Positions 11,036 through 23,232 of a stretch of DNA of 64,000 nucleotides are shown piece after piece (positions within the stretch are counted from its first letter, which is position 1; each line of letters opens with the position of its first letter). The stretch comes from Octopus sinensis. Its lineage: Eukaryota. The notes under the pieces are model-generated. The model was given only the letters and a program-made list of their open reading frames with translations. It was not told the DNA's origin and searched no databases. Location: contig NC_043016.1 of assembly GCF_006345805.1 (NCBI RefSeq), positions 11,284,001-11,348,000 on the forward strand. Direction: 5' to 3'. A program made the translations under genes and the position numbers.

Positions 11036-11330
11036 TAAATGTGCAATGGACTGGAACCCCCATTCAAAGGCAGTGTGTTGCAATCCTCATCACTTACTTG
11101 TCATGGAAACTGGACAACCAAATCTAAGAGTCCTAAGACTCAAAACAGTACTGTCCGAGGGACGAAAATGTCAATGATAATGATGATGGTGGTGGTGGTG
11201 ATGATGGTTAGTGGTAAGAGTTTTCGGTTCAAGATCATAAGGTCATGAGCTTGGTTCCTAGCATCACATTGTGTCCATTATTTACATTATTTACATTTGA
11301 CAGATATTTGTCCTCATCTTGTTTGTTGTT

Positions 11331-11377
11331 AACACATTGGTTTCAGCCGATATACCCTTCAGCCTTCATCAGGTGTC
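11331..11377 (-). ncRNA. Hammerhead-like motif, stem III mutated
   Basis: GACAC-CUGAUGA-A-GGCUG(10 nt)CGGCU-GAA-ACCAA-U-GUGUU. Confidence 0.55.
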
Positions 11378-11643
11378 TTGGGGAAATTTCAAACCTGGGT
11401 TCTCATTCCTAAGGTATTTTTCCCTGATGTTGTTGTTGTTGTTGTTCAGGTCACTACTTGGAATCGAACTCGGAATCTTGGGGTTAGTAGCCTGCACTCT
11501 TAACCACTACACCATATGCCTGTGGACTACTAACCCCAAGATTCCAAGTTTAATTCCAAGCAGTGACCTGAACAATAACAATAATAATAATAACATTGAA
11601 AAATACCTTAGGAATTTCGAACCCAGGTTTAAAATTTCCCCAA

Positions 11644-11686
11644 GACACCTGATGAAGGCTGGAGGGTATATCAGCCGAAACGTGTT
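11644..11686 (+). ncRNA. Hammerhead-like motif with perfect core and a 3-nt deletion at the cleavage site
   Basis: GACAC-CUGAUGA-A-GGCUG(10 nt)CAGCC-GAA-ACGU-GUU. Confidence 0.55.
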
Positions 11687-11775
11687 AACAACAAACAAGA
11701 TGAGGACAAATATCTGTCAAATGTAAATAATGCAAATAATGTACATAATTCCTCATCTCTTAAATATAGAACTGT

Positions 11776-12025
11776 ATCACATTGTGTCCTTGAGCAAGAC
11801 ACTTTATTTCACGTTGCTCCAGTCCACTCAGCTGGCAAAAGTGAAAAAGTACCTGTAATTGAAAGGGTCAGCCTCGTCACACTCTGTGTCACACTGAATC
11901 TCCCTGAGAACTACGTTAAGGGTATGTATGTCTGTGGAGTACTCAGCCACTTGCACATTAATTTCATGAGCAGGTTGTTCTGTTGATCAGATCAACTGGA
12001 ACCCTCATCATTGTAACCAAGAGCC
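11776..12025 (+). mobile_element. SINE family 3, body and 3' part (5' part at about 11200-11276)
   Basis: CTTGAGCAAGACACTT...CTGAATCTCCCTGAGAACTACGTTAAGGG...GATCAACTGGAACCCTC. Confidence 0.8.
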
Positions 12026-12036
12026 AGTTCCATGTG

Positions 12037-12081
<45 letters not shown>

Positions 12082-13179
12082 TCTGTCTGTGTGTGTGTGT
12101 GTGTGTGTCTGTCTGTCTGTGTGTGTGTGTGTGTGTCTGTCTGTGTGTGTGTGTGTGCATGCATGTGGGGAAGGCAATTCATTCATAGGCAAGCTCAGCA
12201 AACCGACTTGCTTAGAGCAGAAGGAACAGTAGACAAAGAAATCAGAAAAGTTGAGAATAACAAACAAAACCATTGAGTATAACCAAAATACAAGAACTTT
12301 ACTTAAGAGGCCAATAACATTTATGGAATAAATAAAGAATTCTTCAGGAAGGTTTTAGAGAGTTCTTTCATTTACCTCTGAAATGTGTAGACTTCTTTTG
12401 GTGAGCTCTTCTTTAATTCTCCAGACTAATGATTTATTTTTGTTGTGTGGAAGTAGAACACTCCTATTTGTTGACTCCTAATGGACTGTACCACAATATA
12501 AATAGACATATGCAGAGAGTGTAGGGGAGTCATTTGAGCCTGTGTAAAGCCGAGAGTTGCATATTGTCGAGGGTTATTACTAGTATTTTGAGTAGAACAA
12601 TTTGCAAGGTCATTATTATTATCCCGTTATATTGTACTTCGAACATGCGATACAACAATTTTCTATCTCTTTTATTTGTTTTTTCTAACTGGACTCTTGT
12701 TACTTCCAAATTCACAGTACCATTCCACCTTCATTATGTTGCTAAGTTCACTATTTTCGCAGCCAGTTCAAAACCTTCCACCATTCACATTTAACCACTG
12801 AAACCAACTTCACACTCGACACCAAATACTGTATCAAATGTTCCATACAAAACTGCCCGGCATCATCACCCACATCGAATGTCTCACATCAACTGCATGG
12901 CACTGACTACTACATAAAACCATTCACATCAGCTTCCAGCACATCGTGTTTCAATGTCACACGTCGTGTCCCTGCATGAACTAACTTGCCACATGGGCAA
13001 TATTAGTCTTTATACTTCGTCCACACCATAAAAGCGCACCAAAATCATACCGTCTACACAAGGAATTATTTTTTCATCTTTGTTTAGAAAACCAGAGAGC
13101 AGTGTTCTAATTCGCATAATACAAATGAGAAATTATCTGAATATAATTCTTTTCCATTCGTAACTATATATATTGTTTC

Positions 13180-13690
13180 ATGTTGCTCCAGTCCACTCAG
13201 GTGGGTAAAAATAAGGTGTACCTGTATTTCAAAGGGACCGGCCTTGTCACACACTGTGTCATGCTGAATCTCCCTGAGGACTACATTAAGGGTACACATG
13301 TCTATGGAGTGCTCAACCACTTGCATGTTAGCTTCATGACCAGACTGTTCCGTTGATCGCATCAACTAGAATCATCATAACCAAGAGCCAGTTATGTGTA
13401 TCTGTGTGTGTGTAGCAATTCATTCATGTTGATGTGTGTGTGTGTGTGTGTGTGTGTGTTTCATGTGGCTCTAGTACATTCAGTTGCCAAAAATAAGTTG
13501 TACCTGTAATTCAAGGTGGGTGGAGCTAGCCTCGTCATATTCTTGTGTCACGCTGAATCTCCCTGAGAACTACGTTAAGGGTATGCATGTCTGTGGAGCA
13601 CTCAGCCACTTGCATGTTAGTTTCATGCACAGGCTGATCCATTGATCAGATCAACTGGAACCCTCATCATCATTGTAGCCGACAGAGTGT
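13180..13690 (+). mobile_element. Two 5'-truncated SINE family 3 copies in tandem
   Basis: GCTGAATCTCCCTGAG...TTAAGGG...CTCA(A/G)CCACTTGCATG blocks at about 13180-13390 and 13480-13690. Confidence 0.75.
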
Positions 13691-15202
13691 CTGTCTTACT
13701 GCCATCATTCCTGCCTCTGTTTCTACCATTGCCACTGCTGTTACCATTATTAATGCCATCAACGACAAAGTGGCAAGTTGGCAGAACCATTAACACATCA
13801 GACAAAATACCCAACAGCATTTACTCCGGTTCTTTACGGTCCAAGTTCAAATACTGCCAGGTTGACTTTGTTGCCTTTTATTCCTTTAGGACTAATAAAA
13901 TGAAGTACCAGCTGTAGCACTGGGGTTTAGCTCAAGATTGGCATTGGCATTGGTCCAGCAGACTTACGGTCAAAGTTGTTCTGGCCATAACTATTCTCTG
14001 ATTTTGTTTATGGTGTAATTCATCAAATACCCACTTCTGCCCCACCTGTGGGAGGGGCTTTCTTGCCCGGATTGGCCTCACCAGCCACCTCCGGTCTCAT
14101 AGCAGCAATTCCACCAAATGATTTCAATGGTCATCTTCGAACCTGAAGGACGAACATTATTATTATTATAATTCATCAACGATTTCATTATGGTGGGGGG
14201 GGGGGTGATGAAAATTACTGGCCCCTATGCTAAAATTGAAACCGTTAATATCATTGCAGTAATTACTATCATCACTATCATCATCGTCATCATCATCATC
14301 ATCACACAGTTGCCTCAACCATTAATCAACATGCTAGCTAAGTACTGCTAACATTACTACCATTGGCTACCGCTATCTTCATAACCAAAACCTCCTCTGC
14401 CGCCATCACCATCACACCATTACTGTTACTTTTGCAGCAATCATCACCCCTGTCTTCACCACTTTCACAAACATCACCTTTACCTTTATCCCCCCCACCA
14501 CCACCACCATTACTACCACTGTAACTATCAGCAACTTCAAAAGAACTAAGTCTCATGATCATTAATTTCTATTCACCAAAATTACTGATTCTTATAATTT
14601 CTAAGAGTGGCAATATTCTTGTAATCCATGACGCTGATGCTTTTATTTCATGCTCTAGCCTGGAATGCATTTCTGATCTATTAATCTACAGCTTAATATC
14701 GATTGCATGCCTTTCACAAAACATTCTGCAAGGCCTAATTCTATTAAATTCTTTGGCCCAAAACAGAGGAGCCAAATTTTGTAAAGGAGAGATTAAAAGA
14801 AGCAGGGTTGGGGATGTATATTCCTTTTAATAAACATGGTGTTATTAAAGGAAGACTTAATTAAATAATTATTTCTAGTATAAAACACAAGACCACTAAT
14901 TTTTATGAGGGGAAACTGGGAAGGAGAGATGTTTATACCGAATTCAGCTTTTGACTGGTATTTGCTTTAAAATATTTGCTGTCCAGATGTAAGTGTACCT
15001 AAGACTACATCACACAATGTATCCTTCCTTGTGGGTATCTAGCTCCAGATTGGCATTGGTCCAGCAGACTTATGGTCAAAGATTCTCTGGTTTTGTTTAA
15101 GGTGTAATGCATCGATTTCATTATCTTGGTGATGGTGGGGTGGTGGTTTTGGCAGTGATGGGGTGTTGGTGTTGGTGGTTGTGATGATGATGATGATGAT
15201 GA

Positions 15203-15425
15203 TATGGCAGAAACGTTAGCACGCCGGGCGAAATGCGTAGCCGTATTTCGTCTGCCGTTACGTTCTGAGTTCAAATTCCACCGAGGTCGACTTTGCTTTT
15301 CATCCTTTCGGGGTCGATTAAATAAGTACCAGTTACGCACTGGGGGTCGATATAATCGACTTAATCCGTTTGTCTGTCCTTGTTTGTCCCCTCTGTGTTT
15401 AGCCTCTTGTGGGCAGTAAAGAAAT
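15203..15425 (+). mobile_element. SINE family 2, young full copy
   Basis: GGCAGAAACGTTAGCACGCCGGGCGAAATG...GAGTTCAAATTCC...GTAAAGAAATAG. Confidence 0.9.
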
Positions 15426-15739
15426 AGATATGCCATCTATTCTCTACTCCAAACTTCATGTTCCGCAATACTTGCATAGAAAGCATCTTTTAGTGATGGC
15501 CACTACTGTCCTTACACTCACCGGAACCACCACCACCACCACCATCATCGTCACCGGCACTACAATCAGCATCATCAACATCACTACCACAAACATGATA
15601 TCATCATCACCATCATCATCACTGTTGTCATCGTCTTCATCATTATTCTTGCAATCCCTATCACCACAACCATTCATCACCATTACCTCCCTCCCTCCCC
15701 CCACACACAGACTATCACCAAAATCATAACCCTCCTACT

Positions 15740-16250
15740 CACCACCACCACCACCACGACCATCATCATCATCATCATCACCACCACCACCACCACCACC
15801 ACCATCACCACCATCATCATCATCACCACCACCACCACCACCACCATTGCCACCGCCACCACCACCAACACCATCACCACCACTACCACCACCACCATGA
15901 TCATCATCACCACCACTACCACCACCACCATCATCACCACCACTACCACCACCACCACCACCACCACCACTACCACTACCGCTGTTGTACTACTGAAGTT
16001 GTCATTGTCAGATGAGACAGCAGCCATGTTGTCATCGTCATCATCATCATCATCATCATTATGGCCATAAACCTTATCGTCATCATCATCATCATCATCG
16101 TTCTTGTTGTTATTGACATCATCATTGTTATCATCGCCGCAACCACCATCACCATTTATAAACTTACCATTTCCATTGCTGTCATCATTCATTATCCTCA
16201 CTTCGCCATCCCCATCACCACCACCACCACCACCACCACCAGCCATGCTC
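15740..16250. repeat. Compound (CAC/CAT)n microsatellite
   Basis: Direct inspection; source of the poly-V, poly-D and poly-T ORFs. Confidence 0.9.
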
Positions 16251-16454
16251 CACCTCTAACAAAAAGAAAAATGATGGTACCACATGTGCTTTAAGTTTTG
16301 AATGTGAAGACAACCCCACTTTCAGTATCTCAGCTGTTATTGGAATTACTGATCCCCTTATGAGATGTTTGCTGTCAATCCGAAACAAAGGCAACCTTCT
16401 GATTTAGCAAAGGATCTTCTCACTCTCTCCCTCTCTCTCTTCACACTTTATCTT

Positions 16455-16463
16455 GTACTACTG

Positions 16464-16497
<34 letters not shown>

Positions 16498-16658
16498 AAC
16501 AACAACAACAACTACTACTACTACTACCACCACTACTATCACTACTACTACTACTAGTTTCACTACTACTACTATCACTACTATTACTACTACTACAACT
16601 ACTACTACTATTACTACTACTACCACCATTACTACTACTACTACTACTACTACTACTG

Positions 16659-16708
<50 letters not shown>

Positions 16709-16716
16709 GCTACTGC
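16455..16716. repeat. (CTA)n microsatellite
   Basis: Direct inspection; source of the poly-L ORF. Confidence 0.95.
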
Positions 16717-17172
16717 AGCATTTTGCTTCTCAGAACAAAGCTTGTTGCAAACCACCTCCCACTCAGAACACCATACTGCTTTCTGTTTTTGCTACACATT
16801 GGGCCCAAGACAGATGGAGATTTCAACAATAATGATGAAGGTTGTTGATGATAATAACAATGGCAATTGATGGTGATGACGATGATGATGACAGAGATGA
16901 ATGAGTATCATCATCATCATTAACATCATCATTGTCCACATTATCATTATCATGTGTTAACTACAAACTTGTTACCAGTACAAAAATGTTCACTGTGTAT
17001 TCTGTGTATTCGGACCTGTAAAAAATCCATTCACTGTTTTTGATCTTGGAGAAAATTCCTCACTGTAGACTGATAGGTGCCAGGGAAAACTTTTTTCTCC
17101 AGTGCAAAATATTGTGAATGGCTTTTTTACAGGTTCAAAAATGCTTCAAGCCATATCTGAACTGGTAACAAG

Positions 17173-18336
17173 GGATCTTTTCGGTTTGAATGGCAGTTTT
17201 TAACATAATTTCTAGGTAACTAAAAAATTTTAAACATCATTTTCTCTTGGCTTTCTTGAGAAAATTCAGTAGTTTGTAACATATTTTGTCTTTAATTTCT
17301 TGCTTTTCGGCAATTTTAACCAATCAATGACCGTCTATTGAGGTGAAAACATTCTGTGCCGTATGAATATGTCCCTCGTTTAAGAAACAGATTGGGTTTA
17401 TTTACATTTCTGAAGAAAAAAAGACACCCTTCCCCCCAACCCTAACCCTAACCCTAAAACAGATTGAAATGCAATAGATCGATACTAGGGTCATAATTAT
17501 GGGTGACAATTTCATATGACACCGCTAGAAAAAACTGCCATTTTCTCTAGCGGTGTCATATGAAACTGTCACCCATAATTATGACCCTAGTATCGATCTA
17601 TTGCATTTCAATCTGTTTTAGGGTTGGGGTGGGGGAAGGGTATCTTTTTTTCTTCAGAAATGTAAATAAACCCAATCTGTTTCTTAAACGAGGGACATAT
17701 TCATACGGCACAGAACACAGAATGCTTTCAACCTCAATAGACGGTCATTGATTGGTTAAAAATTCCGAAATGCAAGAAATTAAAGACGAAATATGTTACA
17801 ACTACTGAATTTTCTCAAGAAAGCCAAGAGAAAAAGATATTTTATAAACACATTCTACCAGTATACTCTTTACTCTTTTACTCTTTTACTTGTTTCAGTC
17901 ATTTGACTGCGGCCATGCTGGAGCACCGCCTTTAGTCGAGCAAATCGACCCCGGGACTTATTCTTTGTAAGCCCAGTACTTATTCTATCGGTCTCTTTTG
18001 CCGAACCGCTAAGTGACGGGGACACACCAGCAAGCAATGCTAGGGGGACAAACACAAACACACAAACATATACACACACACACACATACACATATATACA
18101 TATATACGACAGGCTTCTTTCAGTTTCCGTCTACCAAATCCACTCACAAGGCATTGGTCGGCCCGGGGCTATAGCAGAAGAAGACATTGCCCAAGATGCC
18201 ACGCAGTGGGACTGAACCCGGAACCATGTGGTTGTTTAGCAAGCTACTTACCACACAGCCACTCCTGCGCCTAGTTTAAAATTTTTTAGTTACCTAGAAA
18301 TTATGTTAAAAACTGCCGTTCAAACCGAAAAGATCC
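17173..18336. mobile_element. Inverted dimer of a MITE with GG-starting TIRs (Merlin/hAT-like), 8-bp TSD and internal telomere-like repeats
   Basis: TIR GGATCTTTTCGGTTTGAA(T/C)GGCAGTTTTT at both ends; TSD GTAACAAG at 17165-17172 and 18337-18344; internal symmetry axis near 17535; (CCCTAA)3 near 17440. Confidence 0.85.
17866..18272 (-). mobile_element. SINE family 1 nested in the MITE
   Basis: Full copy with a (CTCTTTTA)n tail interrupting the right MITE arm. Confidence 0.9.
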
Positions 18337-19082
18337 GTAACAAGTCTGTACTTAATGCACATCACTGCTTAATGTTGTCACCCTTATCATAGTTTTAAAG
18401 TCCACTTTTCTATGTCGGCATGGGTTAGAAGGAATTTATTAAGGCAAATTTTCTGTAACCAGATGCTCTTCATGTTATGAACTCTCACCTCGTTGTAATG
18501 ATCGTAATAATTTCCCAATGACAATAATTTGCCATTAATGTGTGATTAAGTGCATTCGCTTTGGTAATTAAACGCTTCGAGTTTGACTGGAATCTATAAA
18601 GGTGATATAGACTTTGAATGTTGAACCACTGTGTATCCATCTTAGGAGAGCAGTAATAACAACAACAATGACAATAACCGCTGCACTTAATAGGAATCAG
18701 AGGAGGAGCACAATGAAAAGGGTTTGATGAAGTCAACTCCTAACTCTCCAAATATTTTATGTTCTGTAGGAGATCTGATCCAAAAGTATCAGAACTGGTG
18801 CTATAAAAAGAAAACTACCGCGCACATCAATTCGGCATTTAATTTCCTTTGAAGTTGTCCCATTTTGAAGCCACACACTTTATCCAGCATCATTTCTATA
18901 TTATTCCCTACCACTACCATCGTAACACCCCCATCACCACCAACCAGCACCACCATCACCACTGCCATCGCTGCCACCATCACCACCACTACCATCACTC
19001 CAAACCAATTTTCCAATATGTAAATAAATGAACAAATGGTCAAACCAATTCTTTCTTTTTTTCTCTTTGTTTCATTTTGTAG

Positions 19083-19215
19083 AATTATTCCTGTGGAAGT
19101 GACAAATTTGGTCAATGACTTTTTCGGAATTACATCAGCAATGCAGACTTACAAAGGGAATGAAAAGCAATGTGCCTCCAAGGATGGACAAGAAAAGAAA
19201 AAGACCAAATGTTAA
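19083..19215 (+). CDS. Terminal coding exon of the SDR16C-like gene
   Basis: Strong acceptor ctttctttttttctctttgtttcattttgtag|. Reads IIPVEVTNLVNDFFGITSAMQTYKGNEKQCASKDGQEKKKTKC* (TAA 19213-19215), matching the SDR16C C-terminal pattern ILP...DF(F/L)G...(S/A)M..F.G. Confidence 0.85.
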
Positions 19216-19284
19216 AATTTAGTTCAATATCTCCAATTCCTGCCCGAATTTTACCACACATAATATACATATATATATACCTCC

Positions 19285-19309
19285 ATTAAATATTTACTTA
19301 CAGATTAAA
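19285..19309 (+). promoter_or_regulatory. Possible polyadenylation signals (two ATTAAA) of the SDR gene
   Basis: ATTAAA at 19285-19290 and 19304-19309, 70-90 nt after the stop. Weak evidence in AT-rich DNA. Confidence 0.25.
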
Positions 19310-19354
19310 AACAAAAAAAAAAGTCTTCTGGATATACACACTTTCATACACATA

Positions 19355-19392
<38 letters not shown>

Positions 19393-19505
19393 AGCGTCCA
19401 ATAATACTTTATTTGTTCCACGTCCTTGCGTTGTTGTGTTTTTTTGTTTTCTTGTTTGGATTAACTTTATTTATATATATATATATATATATATAATATA
19501 ATATA

Positions 19506-19540
<35 letters not shown>

Positions 19541-20302
19541 GCATGTACACATAAGCACATATATATACTAACACACACACATATATATATTCATTGTCTG
19601 TAATCATAAATACAGAGGCAAGAGAGCTATGGCTGGATTATAGCAGGTAACTCTATAAACTGGCCCATACTGTCTTTATCTAAATACATATATAGTGATT
19701 GCTCGATTCCACAGATGATTATTATCTCCTTGCTGACTTTCCATCCATGACTTCTCAGATGACAAATGAGGTCACCATAAAGAGACATCTGTACGTCATT
19801 GGATTGTAGTGATAAGCACTTATACGACACGAGTACCACTGCCTGAGTCTCTGTGACTAGTCCTTAGAGACAGGCCAAAGCGAGATGATTTGTGGCCATG
19901 TGAAACTGCAGGTTTTGCATTAGAGGGTCTCTCTCTCTCCTGAAAAGATGTTGTGATATCAGTTAGGGGTCCCTCACTCCAGGTGGTTTGACTACGCATC
20001 CTGATGGATCATTACATCTGCTCAGATGGATCGTCATCACATCTGCTAGTTAACCCATAGCTGGGATCCTGACAGAGGCTACTAGTCCAGGCCAGAATAG
20101 ACCTGGAAATGATAGTGGTAAAGAATTGGTCTCACATGACTCAAAAAGTTGGAATTCTCAAACCAAGGCTCCACGACTGATGCAGCTTAAAGTCATATCC
20201 AAGACATATATATATACAGATTTAGATGAATATGATACTTAAGTTTAGGCACCAGAATTTAATACGGTATTATCCATACAATTTCAAGATAAGGTGATTA
20301 AA

Positions 20303-20483
20303 ATCAAAATAAACAACAAGGATATCCAGAGGTACAATCGTTTCATGAATTCTATGTCTTTGTGCAGCTGAAGATTGCTCTACATTTTAAAATTGGTATA
20401 ATATTTGCATTGTTCAATTAAATGGAGTTGCATGAAACTATTGTACTGGATTACCTCTGGATATCCTTGTTGCTTATTTTGAT
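20303..20483 (+). mobile_element. PLE-type terminal repeat with an inverted 5' segment
   Basis: 20303-20347 is the reverse complement of the repeat's own 3' part (20431-20483). Homologous to about 1800-1922. Confidence 0.65.
20362..20450 (+). ncRNA. Type I hammerhead-like ribozyme, intact core
   Basis: GUGCAG-CUGAAGA-U UGC...GCA U-GAA-AC(UAUU)GU-A-CUGGA; one mismatch in stem I. Confidence 0.65.
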
Positions 20484-21140
20484 ATATATATATATACATA
20501 CTATCTATCTATCTGCTCAGTCGAAGTCGATTCTCAGTCACTCGTTGGATCAGTGTCCTCCAATCAGTTCTATCCTGGGCCACTTCTTTCAGATTGGCTA
20601 TGTCCATTTCAGTATCACTCTTGATGGTGTCAAGCCAGCGGGTTCTTGGTCAGCCTCTTCCTCTCTTGCCATGACCATTATGCATATATATATATATATA
20701 TATATATAACACATACATATATATAATATACATACATATTCACAACACACACACACACAACATATATATATATATATATATAATATACATACATATACAA
20801 AAAAGGTTCATTTACACTAAACATGTTGAACATGCACATGAAAGTTCCTATTCTATCATACCAGTTACAGCCTAATGATGCCAGCTGGTGGTACCAGTTT
20901 TCTGGGGGTTACACCGAGCTGTACCAATATAATCTAAGATAAATATAGTAATAATAATAATCGTTGCATGGAATTTATAAATACTTTAATGTATCACTAT
21001 GTGCGTTTTCACAAATCCCATTTTTCTTAAGATCATAGTCTGTATTCCTGGGATGATTACAACACAGTCCGTAGTATCCATGGACATCAGGTGGTTCATT
21101 GTCATGCATTCATTTCTTCGGGATATTAAAATATTTATAA

Positions 21141-21550
21141 ACTAGCAGTATCGCCATCGCCCGGCGTTGCTCGGGTTTGTAAGGGAAATAACTATATACG
21201 CATTTTAGAGATGTAAAGTATAATAGCCATCTCAATATGGCTAACCACAAAGGGGGGGGGTTACTGGAGCTTTTTTACGTTTTACGTTCTGAGATTTAAT
21301 AATACATTTTTAGAGAGTTACTTCCTTATATAATAGCAAAAAAGCATTAAAAATGGGAAAAAATTATGGTAAATTTTTTTTAAATCGTAGACTCATCGTA
21401 GACACGCGCTAATACCCAGAAGGGCTCAATATGAATCACGATTATAAGATACCCGGTTTTGGCTAAACTGCACCGCAAAATGTGGGAGTAGTTAGGAATC
21501 TAAATCGTAGGAGACAGATAGCACACAACCTTACTTTTATATATAAAGAT
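21141..21550 (+). mobile_element. Helitron/Helentron-like non-autonomous element
   Basis: Starts ACTAGCAGTATCGCC...CCCGGCGTTGCTCGGG (hairpin) and ends TTTTATATATAAAGAT. An inverted copy is at 43873-44270. Confidence 0.7.
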
Positions 21551-22169
21551 TTCATTCAAAGATTATTGTTATAATCATCATTATATGAATCTGTGTCTAT
21601 GTGCATGCATATGGGTGTGTGTTTGTATATGTATACACTCACATATATATATATTCTTTTACTTGGAGTCATTTGACTGTGGCCATGCTGAAGTACTGCC
21701 TCGATATTAATAATCAGTAGAGATTTCAGAATCACTCAAAGACCGAGAGTTTCATGTCCTGGTACTTATCGTTACACACAAAGATCTTGGGCCTTGAGTT
21801 ACTCTGTAAGTTCTGCCAGTTATTAATAATAAAAATATATATTCTCTTTTGTTGTGTCTGGGGAGAGTCCTTCTCTTTTAGTGCCGCCTTATGATTTAAC
21901 ACACTCACCGGAAATTATATGGCATAGCAATTATATGGCACTAAAAGAGAATGACTCTCCCCATACACAACAAAATATGTTTCAACACACGAACTCACAT
22001 AAAGAATCTTGCAAACCAATACCCAAAACGAAATATATATTCTCTTGTTTTCAGTTCTACTTTCCTGTTTACATCACTAAACACACCCACACACATTGAT
22101 TTGATACTTGTTTACTGCCATGCAATAAATTGTGTAGCTTATCCTAATTAAGCATAGTAAAAAGAGTCA

Positions 22170-22745
<576 letters not shown>

Positions 22746-22771
22746 CATGTACATACACACACACACATAAG

Positions 22772-23232
22772 TAGGGGCTGAACAGTTCCTAGGTTTCGGT
22801 AAAAAAAAAATACAGGAGGATCAGTTAATTATGATTTTATCCAACATCTTCCCCTCTCAGATTCACACACTTATTGCTGCTGTCCTTCAGTTTTTCTAAG
22901 CCTTGCGAAAGAATTCGGAAGGTTGGGCCTCCAACCTGACTCCAACCATGATGCCCTTAAAGCCAGAAACATTTCAGCACCCACATGTATATTATACACA
23001 CACACACACACACATACATTTATATATAATGTGCTGAAAAGTTCTTGGCTTTCGGTTAAAAAATCAAAAGGATCAGTCAATTCTGATTTTATGCAACATA
23101 TTCTCCTCACAGATTCACACACTTATTGTAGTGGTCCTTCAGTTTTTCTAAGCTCAGTAAAAGAACTCAGAAGGTTGGGCCACCAACCAAGTATTTTGCT
23201 ATACCCCTAAAGCCAGGAACTTTTCAGTGGTA
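22772..23232. mobile_element. Two tandem mariner-like MITE copies
   Basis: TIR-like GGGGCTGAACAGTTCCTAGG and GTGCTGAAAAGTTCTTGGC, with a shared internal block at about 22772-22984 and 23028-23232. A related copy is at about 55256-55440. Confidence 0.6.

Larger units (their letters stand above)
11277..11775. mobile_element. Fold-back copy (B) of the tRNA-head / hammerhead element, inserted in a SINE family 3 copy
   Basis: Arms about 11277-11490 and 11525-11740 are reverse complements. 14-bp TSD ATCACATTGTGTCC at 11263-11276 and 11776-11789. A-box TGGTGTAGTGG (11504-11514, minus) and B-box GAGTTCGATTCC (11460-11471, minus). Confidence 0.85.
375..19082 (+). other. 18,708-nt GT-AG intron of the SDR16C-like gene
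   Basis: GT at 375-376 and AG at 19081-19082. The phase-2 junction AC|A gives Thr and joins two protein segments that are contiguous in SDR16C proteins. No other convincing + strand exon was seen between them. Confidence 0.75.

Noticed and set aside
11440-11525. Possible tRNA gene (ACT at the anticodon position)
   Set aside because: No proper acceptor stem or long Ser variable arm, and it is embedded in a repeat with a TSD, so it is a SINE-type head. The same applies to the other SINE heads.
12740-12990. About 75-codon open frame after a possible acceptor within the SDR intron
   Set aside because: No family resemblance, and it would break the contiguous SDR reading across the two supported exons.
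16365-16832. 155-aa Leu-rich ORF resembling a signal or transmembrane protein
   Set aside because: The hydrophobic core is a (CTA)n repeat and the flanks show no recognisable domain.
17437-17456. Telomere or interstitial telomeric fusion site
   Set aside because: Only three CCCTAA units, internal to a MITE and mirrored in its other arm.
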